Shown: piece by piece, positions 11,143 through 23,878 of the stretch
Position numbering within the stretch: position 1 is the first letter of the stretch
How the letters are laid out: each line of letters begins with the position of its first letter
Assembly: GCA_964291415.2 (NCBI GenBank)
Contig: OZ219920.1
Location: 1,504,001 to 1,568,000 of the forward strand
Source of the DNA: Alphaproteobacteria bacterium
GTDB taxonomy: Bacteria; Pseudomonadota; Alphaproteobacteria; SP197
DNA: 64,000 nt
Direction: 5' to 3'
Notes under the pieces: model-generated
Databases searched by the model: none
Seen by the model: the letters and a program-made list of their open reading frames with translations, nothing else
Told to the model about the DNA's origin: nothing
Made by a program: the position numbers and the translations under genes

Positions 11143-11323
11143 GCCCCCTCTGTCACCGAACCTGAGAGCGTCACCGGAACTCCGGCTTTCCCCTTCGGTG
11201 AGAAGACGCGTCAGCGCCTTCTTCTCTCCAGAGCAGCCATTCACCTGCGGTCCCTTTGCCTGAGAGATTTCGGGACAGATTGCACCTTCGGCGCCGGTCT
11301 CGGGACCGGTCTCTCCCGCAGGT
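11143..11323 (-). ncRNA. Tandem glycine riboswitch (aptamer 1 ~11323-11243, aptamer 2 ~11236-11143)
   Basis: On the minus strand both aptamers show GGAGAG...CCGAAGG...CTCTCAGG with closing stems (CCTGCGG/CCGCAGG; CTCTG/CAGAG); directly upstream of gcvT. Confidence 0.95.
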
Positions 11324-11339
11324 TTCAGCGGCTTCGAAG

Positions 11340-11368
11340 ACTATTGAACCCGCCACCCGCCCTGTCAA
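11340..11368 (-). promoter_or_regulatory. Putative sigma70 promoter of gcv operon
   Basis: TTGACA-17 bp-AATAGT on minus strand just upstream of the riboswitch. Confidence 0.55.
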
Positions 11369-11485
11369 CCTCCAACCGGCAGCCAGAAGGCACACGATCT
11401 TGATTGACCTGCCGGCACTGCACCTGTCGGGGGAGCAAATCGGCGTCACATGGTGGCGCCAAAGCCTGACTGAGTCGGGAGTCCC

Positions 11486-12537
11486 TCACGCGGGAACCTG
11501 CTGGGTGATGCAGCCGAGACCGCCCCCGCCGACGGCCTGCCAGAGGCTGGGGACCGGCACGATCTCGCGACCCGGAAAGGCGTCCTCGAGAATGGACCAA
11601 CCCAGGTCGTCGAGCCGTGAATCCACCTGTGGGGCGATGATGGCCCCGTTGCAGACATAGGCATTCGTGTAGGGAATGACGTAGTGCTCTGAACCGTGTT
11701 GCTGGTAGGGCAGAACCGGCATCTCGACGATGTCCAGGGATCGTCCCTTCGCATCGGTCGCTTGCGTGAGACGCCGCAGGTTTTCCTGCAGGAGCGCATG
11801 GTTGGGGTTGGAACGCTCGGACACGACCTGCACGATGGTTGGGGTTGGAGAACGCGTCCCGGTTCGATGAACTCGACCACGTTGTCGACGTGTCCGTCCG
11901 TTTCCATGTCCTCAACCAGGCCGAGTCCCAGCCAGATCACCCGTGTGATGCCCAGATGGTCGTGAAGCATGGCCTCGATTTGGTCTCTCGACATGCCGCG
12001 GTAGCGGTTGTCGTTCCGCATCACCTGCTCGGTGGTGATCAGTGTCCCCTCCCCGTCCACCGAGATGCCGCCGCCTTCGCAGATGAAGGGTGTCCGGTAG
12101 CAACGAAACCCGAGATGCTCGACGACCTGTCTTGGCATCTCCTGCGTCCTGCCGCAGGGGTAGCGGCCACCCCATCCGTTGAAACCAAAATGGACGCCCG
12201 CGACATCGCCCGTCTCGCTGCGAACGAAGATCGGTCCGTTGTCCCTGAGCCAGCAGTTGTCGACGGGCACCACCAGGAGCTCCGCCTCGTCTCCAAGGCG
12301 ATTGCGGGCGTCATCCTCGTCGCGCGGATCGACGATGAGAGTGACAGGCTCAAAGCGGCTGATGGCCCTGGCCGTTGCCTCCACCTCATCACGAAATCCG
12401 TCGACGTCCGTTCCGACCTCCTCTTCGATCGGCGGCCACGTCAGCAACGTGCGGGCGTGCCGCTCGAAGCGGCCCGGCATGACGTAACCGTCTTCAAACG
12501 GCGTCGCCCGGACCGGCGGCGCATCCTGGTCTGCCAC
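11486..12537 (-). pseudogene. aguA: Agmatine deiminase (peptidyl-arginine deiminase family), frameshifted
   Basis: N-part WLRDNGP, FNGWG, EGGGI, TDGHVD in ORF 11446-12537; C-part Y.NAY..NG, GGGGLGCITQQ in ORF 11486-11833; 14-bp insertion near 11835-11848. Confidence 0.88.
11798..11849. repeat. 15-bp direct repeat ATGGTTGGGGTTGGA (11798-11812, 11835-11849)
   Basis: Exact copies 22 bp apart at the aguA frameshift. Confidence 0.95.
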
Positions 12538-12738
12538 CAGGGTTTCCTCCTGTCATGACAACCTGACCCTGCCACACGATGGTTCATCGGCAAAGCGGAT
12601 TGGCCGCATCGTGTGCCAACCGCCAGGCAGTTGCAGGCGTGCAGCCTTTCCTCACAGGGCCAACCAGAGCCTGGCTCAGTCCGGCGCCCCAGGGTGGACG
12701 ATGGCGGACCGCGTTGCTCCCCCTGCCGGCAGAACGTG

Positions 12739-13488
12739 TCAGGGAGGGGCGACCACTGTCGACAGCGTCGGGCCGATTTCACGGTGGAGGATGAGGTCGG
12801 CGCTCGGATCGTGGTCGGTGGCCTCGCGGTTGAGGATGACGAGGGCGGCACCGTTCTGCTTGGCCAGAAGCGGGAACGAGGCCGCCGGCCAGACCACGAG
12901 CGAGGACCCGATGGCAAGGAAGAGATCGCAGGAAAGCGCTGCCGCGCGTGCCCGTTCCATCGCTTCGGCGGGCATCGGCTGGCCAAAGGAGATGGTTGCC
13001 GTCTTGACGATGCCGCCGCAGGCCCTGCACTGGGGAATTGTGCCGTCCGCGCGGAAGGCCTTCAGGATCGGATCGAGCGCGTGGCGTTCGCCACAGGCAA
13101 GACAGGCGGCATAGGTGCTGTTGCCGTGAAGTTCGATGATCTTCTCTTCGGGAACACCTGACGCCTGGTGCAGTCCGTCGATGTTCTGCGTGATGAGAGC
13201 GCTCACCTTGCCCATGGCCACGAGGTGGGCCACCGCCGCATGACCCGGATTGGGCCTTGCTTCGACCATGTCGCGTTCGATTTCGATCCGGCGGCGCCAC
13301 GACTCGCGCCGTGCCTCGATGGAGGTCATGAAGTCGTCAAACATGATCGGCGTGGTGCGCGACCAGATGCCGCCGGGGCTGCGGAAATCCGGAATTCCCG
13401 ATTCCGTCGAGATTCCTGCGCCCGTGAAGACGACAACACGCCGGGCCTCGGCAAGCATGGTCCGCAACCGGTCGAGATCCCCTGTCAT
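12739..13488 (-). CDS. cobB: NAD-dependent protein deacylase (sirtuin)
   Basis: TGAGISTESGIPDFR, TQNIDGLHQ, ELHG, two CxxC, GSSLVVWPA; start overlaps phzF stop (ATGA). Confidence 0.9.
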   Translation of the reverse strand: MTGDLDRLRTMLAEARRVVVFTGAGISTESGIPDFRSPGGIWSRTTPIMFDDFMTSIEARRESWRRRIEIERDMVEARPNPGHAAVAHLVAMGKVSALITQNIDGLHQASGVPEEKIIELHGNSTYAACLACGERHALDPILKAFRADGTIPQCRACGGIVKTATISFGQPMPAEAMERARAAALSCDLFLAIGSSLVVWPAASFPLLAKQNGAALVILNREATDHDPSADLILHREIGPTLSTVVAPP

Positions 13489-14288
13489 GACGGTATCGAA
13501 GCAACGCCCTTGATGAACGCCACCGCATGGCCGGCGATATCGATCCTGTCGTGTCTCAGCCTGCAATGGAGTTCGCCGCCGCGTTGCGACACCTGAAGGG
13601 CGTGGATGGTTTCAGTTCCCAGGCGACCCGCCCAGTAGGGAACGATCATGCAATGGGCCGAACCGGTGACAGGGTCTTCCGGTATTCCGTGATCAGGAGC
13701 AAAGAACCGGGAAACAACGTCTCCGGCATCACTCGAACAGGGAGCGGTGGCAATCACGCCCCTGCCCCCTCCCTCAAGCGCTGCGCCGAGATCCCTCATG
13801 TCCGGCTCCAGGGACCGGACCTCGGTCTCGCTGGCGTAGACGAAAAGATGATTGCTGCCGCACAAGGTCTCCACCGGTGGCGTGCCAACGGCCGCAACGA
13901 TCTCGCCCGGCGGCTCGCATGGGACCGGAGTCTCTGCCGGAAAGTCGAGGACGAACAGATCGCCCTGGCGGCGTACGCCGAGGCGGCCGCTCGCCGTGAT
14001 GAACCACACCTCGTCTGCCGTCGTGTCGATCTCCGTCATGACGACGAACCCGGACGCAAGCGTGGCGTGACCGCAAAGAGGCACTTCGACAACGGGCGTG
14101 AACCAGCGCAGCTGGTAGTCCCGGTCCGCCTGCCGCACCAGGAAGGCCGTCTCGGAGAGATTGTTTTCTGCCGCAATGGCCTGCAGCGTGGTGTCCGGTA
14201 CCCACCTTTCCAGCACCATCACCGCGGCGGGATTGCCCCTGAACACCTCGCCGGTGAACGCGTCGACCTGGTAGAAGGGACAGCGCAC
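13485..14288 (-). CDS. PhzF family isomerase/epimerase
   Basis: QVDAF...GNPAAV, NNLSETAF, EVPLCGHATLA, EDPVTGSAHC. Confidence 0.92.
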   Translation of the reverse strand: MRCPFYQVDAFTGEVFRGNPAAVMVLERWVPDTTLQAIAAENNLSETAFLVRQADRDYQLRWFTPVVEVPLCGHATLASGFVVMTEIDTTADEVWFITASGRLGVRRQGDLFVLDFPAETPVPCEPPGEIVAAVGTPPVETLCGSNHLFVYASETEVRSLEPDMRDLGAALEGGGRGVIATAPCSSDAGDVVSRFFAPDHGIPEDPVTGSAHCMIVPYWAGRLGTETIHALQVSQRGGELHCRLRHDRIDIAGHAVAFIKGVASIPS

Positions 14289-14296
14289 GACCTTGT

Positions 14297-15646
14297 TCAG
14301 GCGTCGCCGGCTGCCTGGCGGATGGCGCTCTCGAGTTCGCTCACGAGATGTCGCGCAAGACCGCCGTCGGGGTGCTCCACCATGATCCGGATCAACGGCT
14401 CGGTTCCCGATTCGCGCACGACGACACGCCCGTCAGCGGCGAGACGGGCGCGCGACGAAGCCAGGACGGCCTGAACCGCGTCGCTTGCCAGAGACGTTCT
14501 GCCATTGAGACGGACATTGCTCGCCACCTGCGGAACCGCTTCGAACTGGTTGGCGATGTCACTCATCGGCCGCCCGCTCCCGACAAGGACGGCAAGCACC
14601 TGCAGGGCAGCGATGAGTCCGTCCCCGGTCGTCGCGTGATCGCCGAAGACCATGTGACCGGAAGGCTCGCCGCCAAAGTTGCAGCCCCTGTCACGCATGC
14701 GTTCCACGATGTAGCGGTCTCCCACCGGCGTGCGCTCGAAACGAAGACCGCGTTCATGGAGGAAGCGTTCGAGGCCGAGATTCGACATCACGGTGCCGAC
14801 GACGGCGCCGCCAGAAAGTTCGCCCCGCCGGTTGAGCCAGTCGCCGAGCAACGCCACGATCTGATCGCCATCGACGAGTGTCCCGTGTTCATCGGCGAAG
14901 ACGGCGCGGTCCGCGTCCCCGTCGATGGCGATGCCGATGTCTGCGCCATGTTCCCTCACCATGCTCTGCATCGCGCCTGGCGCGGTCGAACCGCAGTTCC
15001 GGTTGATGTTCGTGCCGTCCGGGTCGACACCCAGGGGAACGACATCGGCTCCGAGTTCCCAGAGTGCCTCGGGCACCACCCGGTAGCCCGCACCGTTGGC
15101 CGCATCGATGACGATTTTCAGGCCATCGAGACGCAGGTTTCTCGGAAAGATGTTCTTGCAGAACTCGGAGTAGCGCCCCAGGGCGCCCTGGAGGCGCCGC
15201 ACGCGTCCCAGATGGCCGGCGTCCACCCTGGCAGCCGACAGGTCACCGGCCATGCCGCTTTCTATGGCTGCTTCCACCGTGTCGGAGAGCTTGTAGCCGT
15301 CAGGCCCGAAGAGCTTGATCCCGTTGTCCTCGAAGGCGTTGTGGGATGCCGAGATCATCACCCCGAGGTCGGCGCGCATCGAACGCGTCAGAGTGGCCAC
15401 GCCCGGTGTCGGCACCGGTCCGATGAGCAGGACATCCATGCCAACGCTCACGAATCCCGAGGCCATGGCGTACTCGATCATGTAGCAGGAAAGCCGGGTG
15501 TCCTTGCCGATGACGACACGGTGCGTGTGATCGCCCCTGCGGAAGTGAACTCCGGCCGCCATGCCTGCCCGCGACGCCGTCTCGACGGTCATGGGTTCGC
15601 GATTCGCCCGGCCACGTATGCCGTCGGTTCCGAACAACTGCCTCAT
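14297..15646 (-). CDS. glmM: Phosphoglucosamine mutase
   Basis: [35 protein letters not shown]. Confidence 0.97.
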   Translation of the reverse strand: MRQLFGTDGIRGRANREPMTVETASRAGMAAGVHFRRGDHTHRVVIGKDTRLSCYMIEYAMASGFVSVGMDVLLIGPVPTPGVATLTRSMRADLGVMISASHNAFEDNGIKLFGPDGYKLSDTVEAAIESGMAGDLSAARVDAGHLGRVRRLQGALGRYSEFCKNIFPRNLRLDGLKIVIDAANGAGYRVVPEALWELGADVVPLGVDPDGTNINRNCGSTAPGAMQSMVREHGADIGIAIDGDADRAVFADEHGTLVDGDQIVALLGDWLNRRGELSGGAVVGTVMSNLGLERFLHERGLRFERTPVGDRYIVERMRDRGCNFGGEPSGHMVFGDHATTGDGLIAALQVLAVLVGSGRPMSDIANQFEAVPQVASNVRLNGRTSLASDAVQAVLASSRARLAADGRVVVRESGTEPLIRIMVEHPDGGLARHLVSELESAIRQAAGDA

Positions 15647-16697
15647 GTCGATACCGGTTCCGCCATGCCTGACCAGACCTTCACCGCCTGCACCGTATCG
15701 GCCACATCATGGACCCGGAGGAGCTGTACGCCCGCCACCACCCCGGCGAGCGCCGCCGCAATGCTTCCGCCAAGGCGTCTCGCCGGCCTCTCCTCGCCCG
15801 TGATCCTGCCAATGAAACTCTTGCGTGACGCGCCCAGAAGAATGGGACAACCCAGAGCGTGAAACAATGCCAGTTGACGGAGCAGGGTCATGTTGTGGGC
15901 AAATGTCTTGCCGAATCCGATCCCTGGGTCAATGGCGATGTTGGCGCGGGCGATGCCGGCTTCAACGCAGGCGTCAATTCTGCTCTCGAGGTAGTCGTGA
16001 ATGTCGAGGCTGACATGATCATAAGACGGCGCATCCTGCATCGTGCGGGGATCACCCTGCGCGTGCATGAGAATGACCGGCACGCCTGCTCCGGCGACGA
16101 CATCCATGGATGAGGGGTCATGGGTGAGCGCGCTGACATCGTTGACAATCGCAGCGCCAGCGGCGAGGGCCGCGCGCATCACATCCGCCTTTCGGCTGTC
16201 AACGGAGACCAGCGCTCCGGCACCTGCAAGGTGGGTGATGACCGGCAGAACTCGAGCCGTTTCGACACGCCAGTCCACCGGTTCGGCCCCGGGGCGGGTC
16301 GATTCCCCGCCAATATCGAGAATGGCGGCCCCCGCCTCGCGCATGACCTCGCCCTGGGCCACGGCATCGTGCGGGTCGAGAGCCCTGCCGGCATCGGAGA
16401 AACTGTCGGGCGTCGTGTTGATGATGCCCATGACCCGGGGTTCGTCGAGATCGAGTCCGGCGAACGAGCGTGGAGGTGAACGAAGACGACCGACGAGAGT
16501 GACAAGACGCCGGGCTGCGGGCTCAGGCAGGCTTTCGGCCCAGTCGTCCACGCTCGCAGTGTCGATCCGTGCCGCAAACAGGCCATCGGACCTGCGGACG
16601 ATGATCTCCATCGATTCCGTTCCCTGCACCGGCCTGACGTAAGGCTTGCAGTCAGAAGTGAAGAGACCGTCTGGGTCGGTGTTGACAATCGGTGAGG

Positions 16698-16701
<4 letters not shown>
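15643..16701 (-). CDS. folP: Dihydropteroate synthase with N-terminal extension
   Basis: [40 protein letters not shown]. Confidence 0.95.
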
Positions 16702-18623
<1,922 letters not shown>

Positions 18624-18653
18624 GAGTGTCCCGATACCCCGATCTGACAGATA

Positions 18654-19886
18654 TTATGGTGACTGGACGAGCGAATTTCCAGTGCCGGCGCGACGTTGCC
18701 ATTCGCCTGGCGCGCCATTCAGGAAGAGCGGGGCCGTGAGGGGCTGGCGGGGCGCAAAGCGGATGGACGGCGCGCCAGGAGACCAGGGCTCGCCCGACAG
18801 TCGTTCGACCACCGGGAAGGAATCTCCGGCCGGGCGGATGCGCCAGGGGCCATCCGGCGCCGTGACGCGAAACCGTCCATCCCAGAGAATCTCTCCTTCC
18901 CCGCCTTGCCCCTCGATGACGGGCAGATTGCGCCTTTCGCGCCTGATGGTCACCTCCCCGCCACCCTGCCACCGGCAACGGCCAAGCGTGGTGGCCACCC
19001 TCGCGTCGGAATGAAGCAGGCGAGCCAGCCGGCCGGTCTTGTGGGTGGCTGGAGGATAGGCGCGCCCACCCACGGTCGTCGCAAGGCGCACCAGAACCAG
19101 ATCGCGCACATCCGCCGGCAGGCGTTGCCAGCCAGGGCGGTCGAGTGCCGCCACACCCCGACCATCAATGTGCGCCACGTGGGGCAGAAGACGGGCCAAC
19201 TCGCGTTCCAGTTCCGTTCGCCTTTCGGAATTGCCGGCGCCGCAGTCCGGCACACCCTGCTGGCGCAGGCGGACGCGGGCGAACCTGGGATCCCGGTTCA
19301 TGGGGTCATCAAGCCAGTGTTCGCCCCTCTCGCGGAGCGTTGCTTTCAGGCGCGCGGGATGAAAGCCAAGAAGAGGCCGGAGGATCCTGAAGGCTGGCCG
19401 TTCGACACAACGGGACATGCCGGCCAGACCCATCGGACCGCTGCCGGCTTCGATGCGCAGGGCGACCGTCTCCAGGTGGTCCTGACGATGGTGTGCCGTG
19501 AGAAGGTGGAGAACGCCGTGGCGCCGGCAGGCGGTCTCAAGAAGACGATAGCGCGCGTGACGCGCCGTCTCTTCAATGGCGGTTGCCGGTTTCGGCCCGC
19601 TCCAGGTGAGAATCCGTGATGCGATGCCCCGCGTGGAGCATCGGCGTGCCACCACCCGCGCCTCGGCCGCAGATCCGTTCCGCAGGCCGTGGTCGACAAT
19701 GAAGGCCACCAGCGTGCCGTCGTGGACCCGCACCCACTCGTCGGCCAGCAGGAGAAGCGCCGTGCTGTCGGGTCCGCCAGAAAGGGCCACGGCCAGTCGG
19801 GGAGAGGTTTCGAAAGGAGCCAGTACCGCCATGGCTTCGGCGAATTCCGCACGCCCCAGAGGCTCGTGGCCGGCCTCAAGCGACAT
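18654..19886 (-). CDS. tilS: tRNA(Ile)-lysidine synthetase
   Basis: SGGPDS PP-loop, DHGLR, ARHARY, AHH..D..ET, RPLL. Confidence 0.93.
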   Translation of the reverse strand: MSLEAGHEPLGRAEFAEAMAVLAPFETSPRLAVALSGGPDSTALLLLADEWVRVHDGTLVAFIVDHGLRNGSAAEARVVARRCSTRGIASRILTWSGPKPATAIEETARHARYRLLETACRRHGVLHLLTAHHRQDHLETVALRIEAGSGPMGLAGMSRCVERPAFRILRPLLGFHPARLKATLRERGEHWLDDPMNRDPRFARVRLRQQGVPDCGAGNSERRTELERELARLLPHVAHIDGRGVAALDRPGWQRLPADVRDLVLVRLATTVGGRAYPPATHKTGRLARLLHSDARVATTLGRCRWQGGGEVTIRRERRNLPVIEGQGGEGEILWDGRFRVTAPDGPWRIRPAGDSFPVVERLSGEPWSPGAPSIRFAPRQPLTAPLFLNGAPGEWQRRAGTGNSLVQSP

Positions 19887-19915
19887 CGCGAAGGATGACC
19901 CAGGCACGACGGATA

Positions 19916-20728
19916 TCAGGTGCACCCGGCGGCGGCTGCCTCCTCGCGCGCCTGGCCGACCAGGGCCTCACCCGAATCGGGAAACCGTTCCATGAACTCG
20001 CGGAACGTCGCACAGGCTTCCCCTTTCTTGCCGAGATGCGCCAGGGACGTGCCGAGCTTCAGCAAACTGCCGGCGGCCTTGGGCCCTTCCGGAGCCTGCT
20101 GATATCCCTTGAGAAAGGCGACGGCCGCCTCGTGAAACCGATCGCGCACAAAATTCATGGATCCGATCCAGTGCCACGCATTGCCGACCAGGTCGCTTTC
20201 CGGGTGTTCGGCAATGAAGGTCGAAAAGGCTTGTTCGGCCGCCTCGTAATCGGCCTTGCGCAGAAGCGAGAAAGCGTGATCGTACTTCTCCATCTCCGTT
20301 CCCGGCGGCAACATCCCGTCCTCGACAGCCTCCCCGGTCTGCGAGTCTCCGGACTGCACGCCCCCTTCCGTCTCTGCGGTGAGGGCCCCGGTGGCGGTGC
20401 GGGCCGCAACATCGGCCTCGAGTGCGGCAAGCTGTTCGCGAATCTGGCGCTGGGCAAACTCCAGACCGTCAATGCGCCCCGCAAGCTGTCGCAGCGATTC
20501 CTGGATCTGTTGCATGTCGGCATGCAACTTGCTGCCATCGAAGGGCGCGCCGGCAATGCTGCCGTTCTCGGGAAAGCTTGCGTTGTAGATGAACGCCTGG
20601 AGATCAATCACATCCCGGCGCAGGCGCTCCAGTTCCTGCGCCAGTTCAGCGGACCCGTCCTGGGCACCGGCCGGAGTGGTTGATGCAATGACAAGAATTG
20701 CCAGAAGGAGTCTTTTCATGGCCACCAT
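19916..20728 (-). CDS. cpoB: Tol-Pal protein CpoB/YbgF
   Basis: Signal peptide, coiled-coil, TPRs (NAWHWIG, P.GPKA..SLLKLG...AC); follows pal. Confidence 0.9.
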   Translation of the reverse strand: MVAMKRLLLAILVIASTTPAGAQDGSAELAQELERLRRDVIDLQAFIYNASFPENGSIAGAPFDGSKLHADMQQIQESLRQLAGRIDGLEFAQRQIREQLAALEADVAARTATGALTAETEGGVQSGDSQTGEAVEDGMLPPGTEMEKYDHAFSLLRKADYEAAEQAFSTFIAEHPESDLVGNAWHWIGSMNFVRDRFHEAAVAFLKGYQQAPEGPKAAGSLLKLGTSLAHLGKKGEACATFREFMERFPDSGEALVGQAREEAAAAGCT

Positions 20729-20802
20729 CCCTCTCCAGGAACGCCGGCGAACATGAGGCCCGACAATCACGCTCTGGTATCTGCAACACCCGTCCGGTTC
20801 AA

Positions 20803-20832
20803 GGAGGGCAGGACGTTCGCGTCCAACCCTCC
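20803..20832. terminator. Stem-loop downstream of pal (terminator or mRNA-stabilising hairpin)
   Basis: GGAGGG-CA-GGACG-TTCG-CGTCC-AA-CCCTCC. Confidence 0.45.
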
Positions 20833-20842
20833 CCTAGCGGGA

Positions 20843-21343
20843 TCAACTCAGGGTCAGATCACCCCGGCGATTCTGTCCCCACGCGGCTTCGGTGTGACCG
20901 AGCACGAGGGGGCGTTCCTTGCCGTAGCTGATTGTCGTGATGCGATTGGGATCGATCCCCAGGACAACGAGGTGATCCTTGACGGCATTGGCACGCCTGT
21001 CGCCGAGCGCCAGGTTGTACTCGCGGGTACCGCGTTCATCGCAGTGGCCCTCAATGATCACATTGACATCGCTGAATTCACTCAGCCAGTCGGCCCAGCG
21101 GCGAATGGTCGACTGCGAGCGCGCATTGAGCACCGAACTGTCAAGAGCGAAGAACACACGCTTGCCGAGGACTTCCTCGATGTAGCGTTCGGACCTTGGA
21201 TCAATGGGATCGACCTCGACCACCATCTCCTCGGTGACTTCGACAGCGCCTGCGCTGTCATCTTCCTCGACGACCTCCGGGGTGGACTCGCACGCGGCCA
21301 CCAGAAGGCCCGCCGCCAGGGCCGCAATCAGTTTGAAACGCAT
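20843..21343 (-). CDS. pal: Peptidoglycan-associated lipoprotein
   Basis: Lipobox VAAC, IEGHCDERGTREYNLALGDRRA, QNRR. Confidence 0.97.
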   Translation of the reverse strand: MRFKLIAALAAGLLVAACESTPEVVEEDDSAGAVEVTEEMVVEVDPIDPRSERYIEEVLGKRVFFALDSSVLNARSQSTIRRWADWLSEFSDVNVIIEGHCDERGTREYNLALGDRRANAVKDHLVVLGIDPNRITTISYGKERPLVLGHTEAAWGQNRRGDLTLS

Positions 21344-21481
21344 GGGAAAGCCCCCTTTCCGGATAGATCGCCAATACACCCCAAGAACAGCGCCACTAAT
21401 GACCGCAAACACCTCCGGCTGTCAACCTCGACATCGGCTGTCCTGTTCACAACGTCCACACATTCTATAGACGACCGGAAG

Positions 21482-22828
21482 TCACGGAATCAAGGGAGAC
21501 CATGCCGGATCGGTGGCAGCGCCCAGCGTGCGGATCGTGCGCTCGACATATCCGGTGAGATCGACGCTCTTGATGACCCTCTCCGTGTCCTCGCCGAAGC
21601 CATAGGTTTCATGGGCAAACATGATGACACGTCCATTCGGCGACCAGGTCGGTCCCTCGACAAGATCGCCGAACGCCAGCAGCCTTTCTCCCTCACCCGG
21701 TTCGGGAGACATCACGCCGATGGCCCAGTCACTGTCAGGAATGTGCTTCGTGAAGGCAATGAGATCACCGCGCGGTGACCACACGGGTGTCGAGTACGAG
21801 GCCCGGTTGTCAAGATCCCAGCTGATGCGATTCTGATTGCTGCCGTCCGCATTCATCACGTAGATCTGTGTCTGGCCCGTGCGATCTGACGTGAAGGCGA
21901 TCCTGGAACCGTCCGGCGAGTAGGACGGTGATGTCTCGATATAGGATCCGTCCGTCAACTGCTTGATGGTGCGGGTTTCGAGATTCATCGCATAGATGTC
22001 CGTGTTGCCGTTGATGGCAAGCGACATGATCACGCTGGATCCGTCGGGCGAGAATCGCGGTGCGAACGTCATGCCCGGGAAGTCGCCCAGTACGTCGCGT
22101 CGCCCCGTCGCCAGGTCCAGCAGGTTGACGCGTGGCGTGGTCTCGTTGAAGTAGGAGAAGTAGGCAATCTTCTGGATCGTCGGCGAAAAGCGCGGTGTCA
22201 GCACCGTATGGTCCCCGGACGTCAGGAACCTGTGGTTTTCCCCGTCGTAGTCCATGATGGCGATGCGCTTGGTGAGTGCCGTCTGCGGACCGTCTTCGTG
22301 GACGTAGGCAATACGCGTGTCGAAGTAGCCGCCCTCGCCGGTAAAGCGGTGGTAGACGGCATCGGAGACCTTGTGAGCGATCCGCCGCCAGATTCCTTCG
22401 CTGCCACGGAAGACGAAACCCACCAGACCCTCTTCGGCAAGGGTGTCGAACAGGCGGAAACTCACCCGGATGCGACCATCACTCTCGGTCGACACCCAGC
22501 CAGTCACGAGCGCCTGTGCGCCGCTCCTGCGCCACAGGTCGAAACGCGGCTGCGCGTCTTCCCCGAGCGAAGCGGGGTCCTGGAGAAAGGCGCCCGGCGG
22601 AATGGCCCGGAAAAGACCGGAAAACTCGAGATCCGCCTTCACCACCGAAGCGATGTCCGCTCCCAGGTCCGCCAGGGGGCCGACGCCATTGAAGTCGGTG
22701 ACAGCGATGGGAACCGGATCGGCACGCCCCTCGGTGACACCGACATCAAGCTGTGCATCGGCCCCGTCCGTGAGCAGGGCTGCACTGACAATCCCAACCA
22801 GAATGAACCTGGTGACACGTGCGATCAT
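21482..22828 (-). CDS. tolB: Tol-Pal beta-propeller protein TolB
   Basis: PIAVTDF, GYFDTRIAY, repeated PRFSP/PSYSP/PTWSP motifs. Confidence 0.95.
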   Translation of the reverse strand: MIARVTRFILVGIVSAALLTDGADAQLDVGVTEGRADPVPIAVTDFNGVGPLADLGADIASVVKADLEFSGLFRAIPPGAFLQDPASLGEDAQPRFDLWRRSGAQALVTGWVSTESDGRIRVSFRLFDTLAEEGLVGFVFRGSEGIWRRIAHKVSDAVYHRFTGEGGYFDTRIAYVHEDGPQTALTKRIAIMDYDGENHRFLTSGDHTVLTPRFSPTIQKIAYFSYFNETTPRVNLLDLATGRRDVLGDFPGMTFAPRFSPDGSSVIMSLAINGNTDIYAMNLETRTIKQLTDGSYIETSPSYSPDGSRIAFTSDRTGQTQIYVMNADGSNQNRISWDLDNRASYSTPVWSPRGDLIAFTKHIPDSDWAIGVMSPEPGEGERLLAFGDLVEGPTWSPNGRVIMFAHETYGFGEDTERVIKSVDLTGYVERTIRTLGAATDPAWSPLIP

Positions 22829-23029
22829 CGATTCTGTCGTCCTGTCTCCGGAACAGCCGGGCCGCAGCCCCCTCAGCGCGTCCCTTGTTGATACCGGCAA
22901 CTGCGAGCGCGAATCAAGCGCCGAATGACGCCTTCGCCCAACCATCCCAAGGGCTGCCTGCCTGTGGACGGCTCGTGTGGCAAAACGGCGGCACACGCGT
23001 GATTGGCGGGACGGCCGGGACGCCGTCGC

Positions 23030-23875
23030 TCAGAACTGGGCGCTGGGATCGAATCGGACAATCAGTTCCTTCCAGATGTCATAGCGGCGCCTGTCCAGAT
23101 TCTCGAAGGGATGATCGCGGAAGAACAGAACCGCCCGCAGGGCCGATTCGGCCGCCACCCGCCGCGTATGGTCACTCTCTCCGCCCTCGACATCGACAAT
23201 CCGGGCGCGCAGCACGCGTGCGTCGATGGACAGCACCACCTCGATGGTGACGATGAGATCCCGGGCATCGATGGCGCCACTCTGGATAATCCATCTCCTG
23301 GTCACCTGATTGGCGATACTGCGGCGCAGAGAAGCCAGTTCGACATCCGAGACCGGCACATCGGGCGCGCCGTCAAGAGCCGATGCGACATCGGCAAAGG
23401 TGGTGGACTGCTCCTCGGGCGCCGGTTCCCTGCGGTCGACCAGGAGACTCTCCCTGACACTGGTGAAAGGCACGTCCTCCTCGGGACGGGACGGGGCCTC
23501 GGGCTTTGCGGCCGGGAGAGGAACCGGAACGGTCTCGCTCACCCGGACCGGCTCGGCAGGCTGTTCTGCGGCCTCCTCGGCGGGCAAGGACTCCTCAGCA
23601 ACGGCGGGCACTTCCGGCGCGGGATTCGGGAGAGCCGGCTCGGGTTCTGGCTCAGGTTCGGGTTCAGGTTCCGGTTCCGGTTCCGGCTCAGGTTCGGGTT
23701 CTGGCTCCACACTCTCCGGCGGCGCTACGCTTTCCTCTGCAACCGTGATGACATCCACGGTGACCGTGTCGGCAATGGGGGGCTGCGTCCGCCACAGTTC
23801 GGGAAGCCCCATCAGGGCAAGCGTGATGACAAGCACATGAAAGACGATCGATCCGGCCCAGCCCACAGGAGACAC
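23030..23875 (-). CDS. tolA: TolA-like cell envelope protein
   Basis: N-terminal TM S..FH, Glu-Pro rich stalk, C-terminal SALRAV...W..L..RFDP. Confidence 0.8.
   Translation of the reverse strand: MSPVGWAGSIVFHVLVITLALMGLPELWRTQPPIADTVTVDVITVAEESVAPPESVEPEPEPEPEPEPEPEPEPEPEPEPALPNPAPEVPAVAEESLPAEEAAEQPAEPVRVSETVPVPLPAAKPEAPSRPEEDVPFTSVRESLLVDRREPAPEEQSTTFADVASALDGAPDVPVSDVELASLRRSIANQVTRRWIIQSGAIDARDLIVTIEVVLSIDARVLRARIVDVEGGESDHTRRVAAESALRAVLFFRDHPFENLDRRRYDIWKELIVRFDPSAQF
23633..23708 (-). repeat. Degenerate 6-bp tandem repeat encoding (EP)n in tolA
   Basis: About 12 GA[AG]CC[N] units giving EPEPEP... Confidence 0.9.
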
Positions 23876-23878
23876 GCT

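Noticed and set aside
11400-11416. TTGATTGACC match to the duplicated operator near the gcv promoter
   Set aside because: Only the first 10 bp are contiguous, the second half-site is lost and the leader homology does not continue.
12739-13488. Sir2 domain as an anti-phage (Thoeris/DSR-like) component
   Set aside because: Typical short zinc-binding CobB-type deacylase in a housekeeping run with no defence partners.
23633-23708. Tandem repeat as CRISPR or contingency locus
   Set aside because: In-frame degenerate codons for the Glu-Pro stalk of TolA; no spacers or cas genes.
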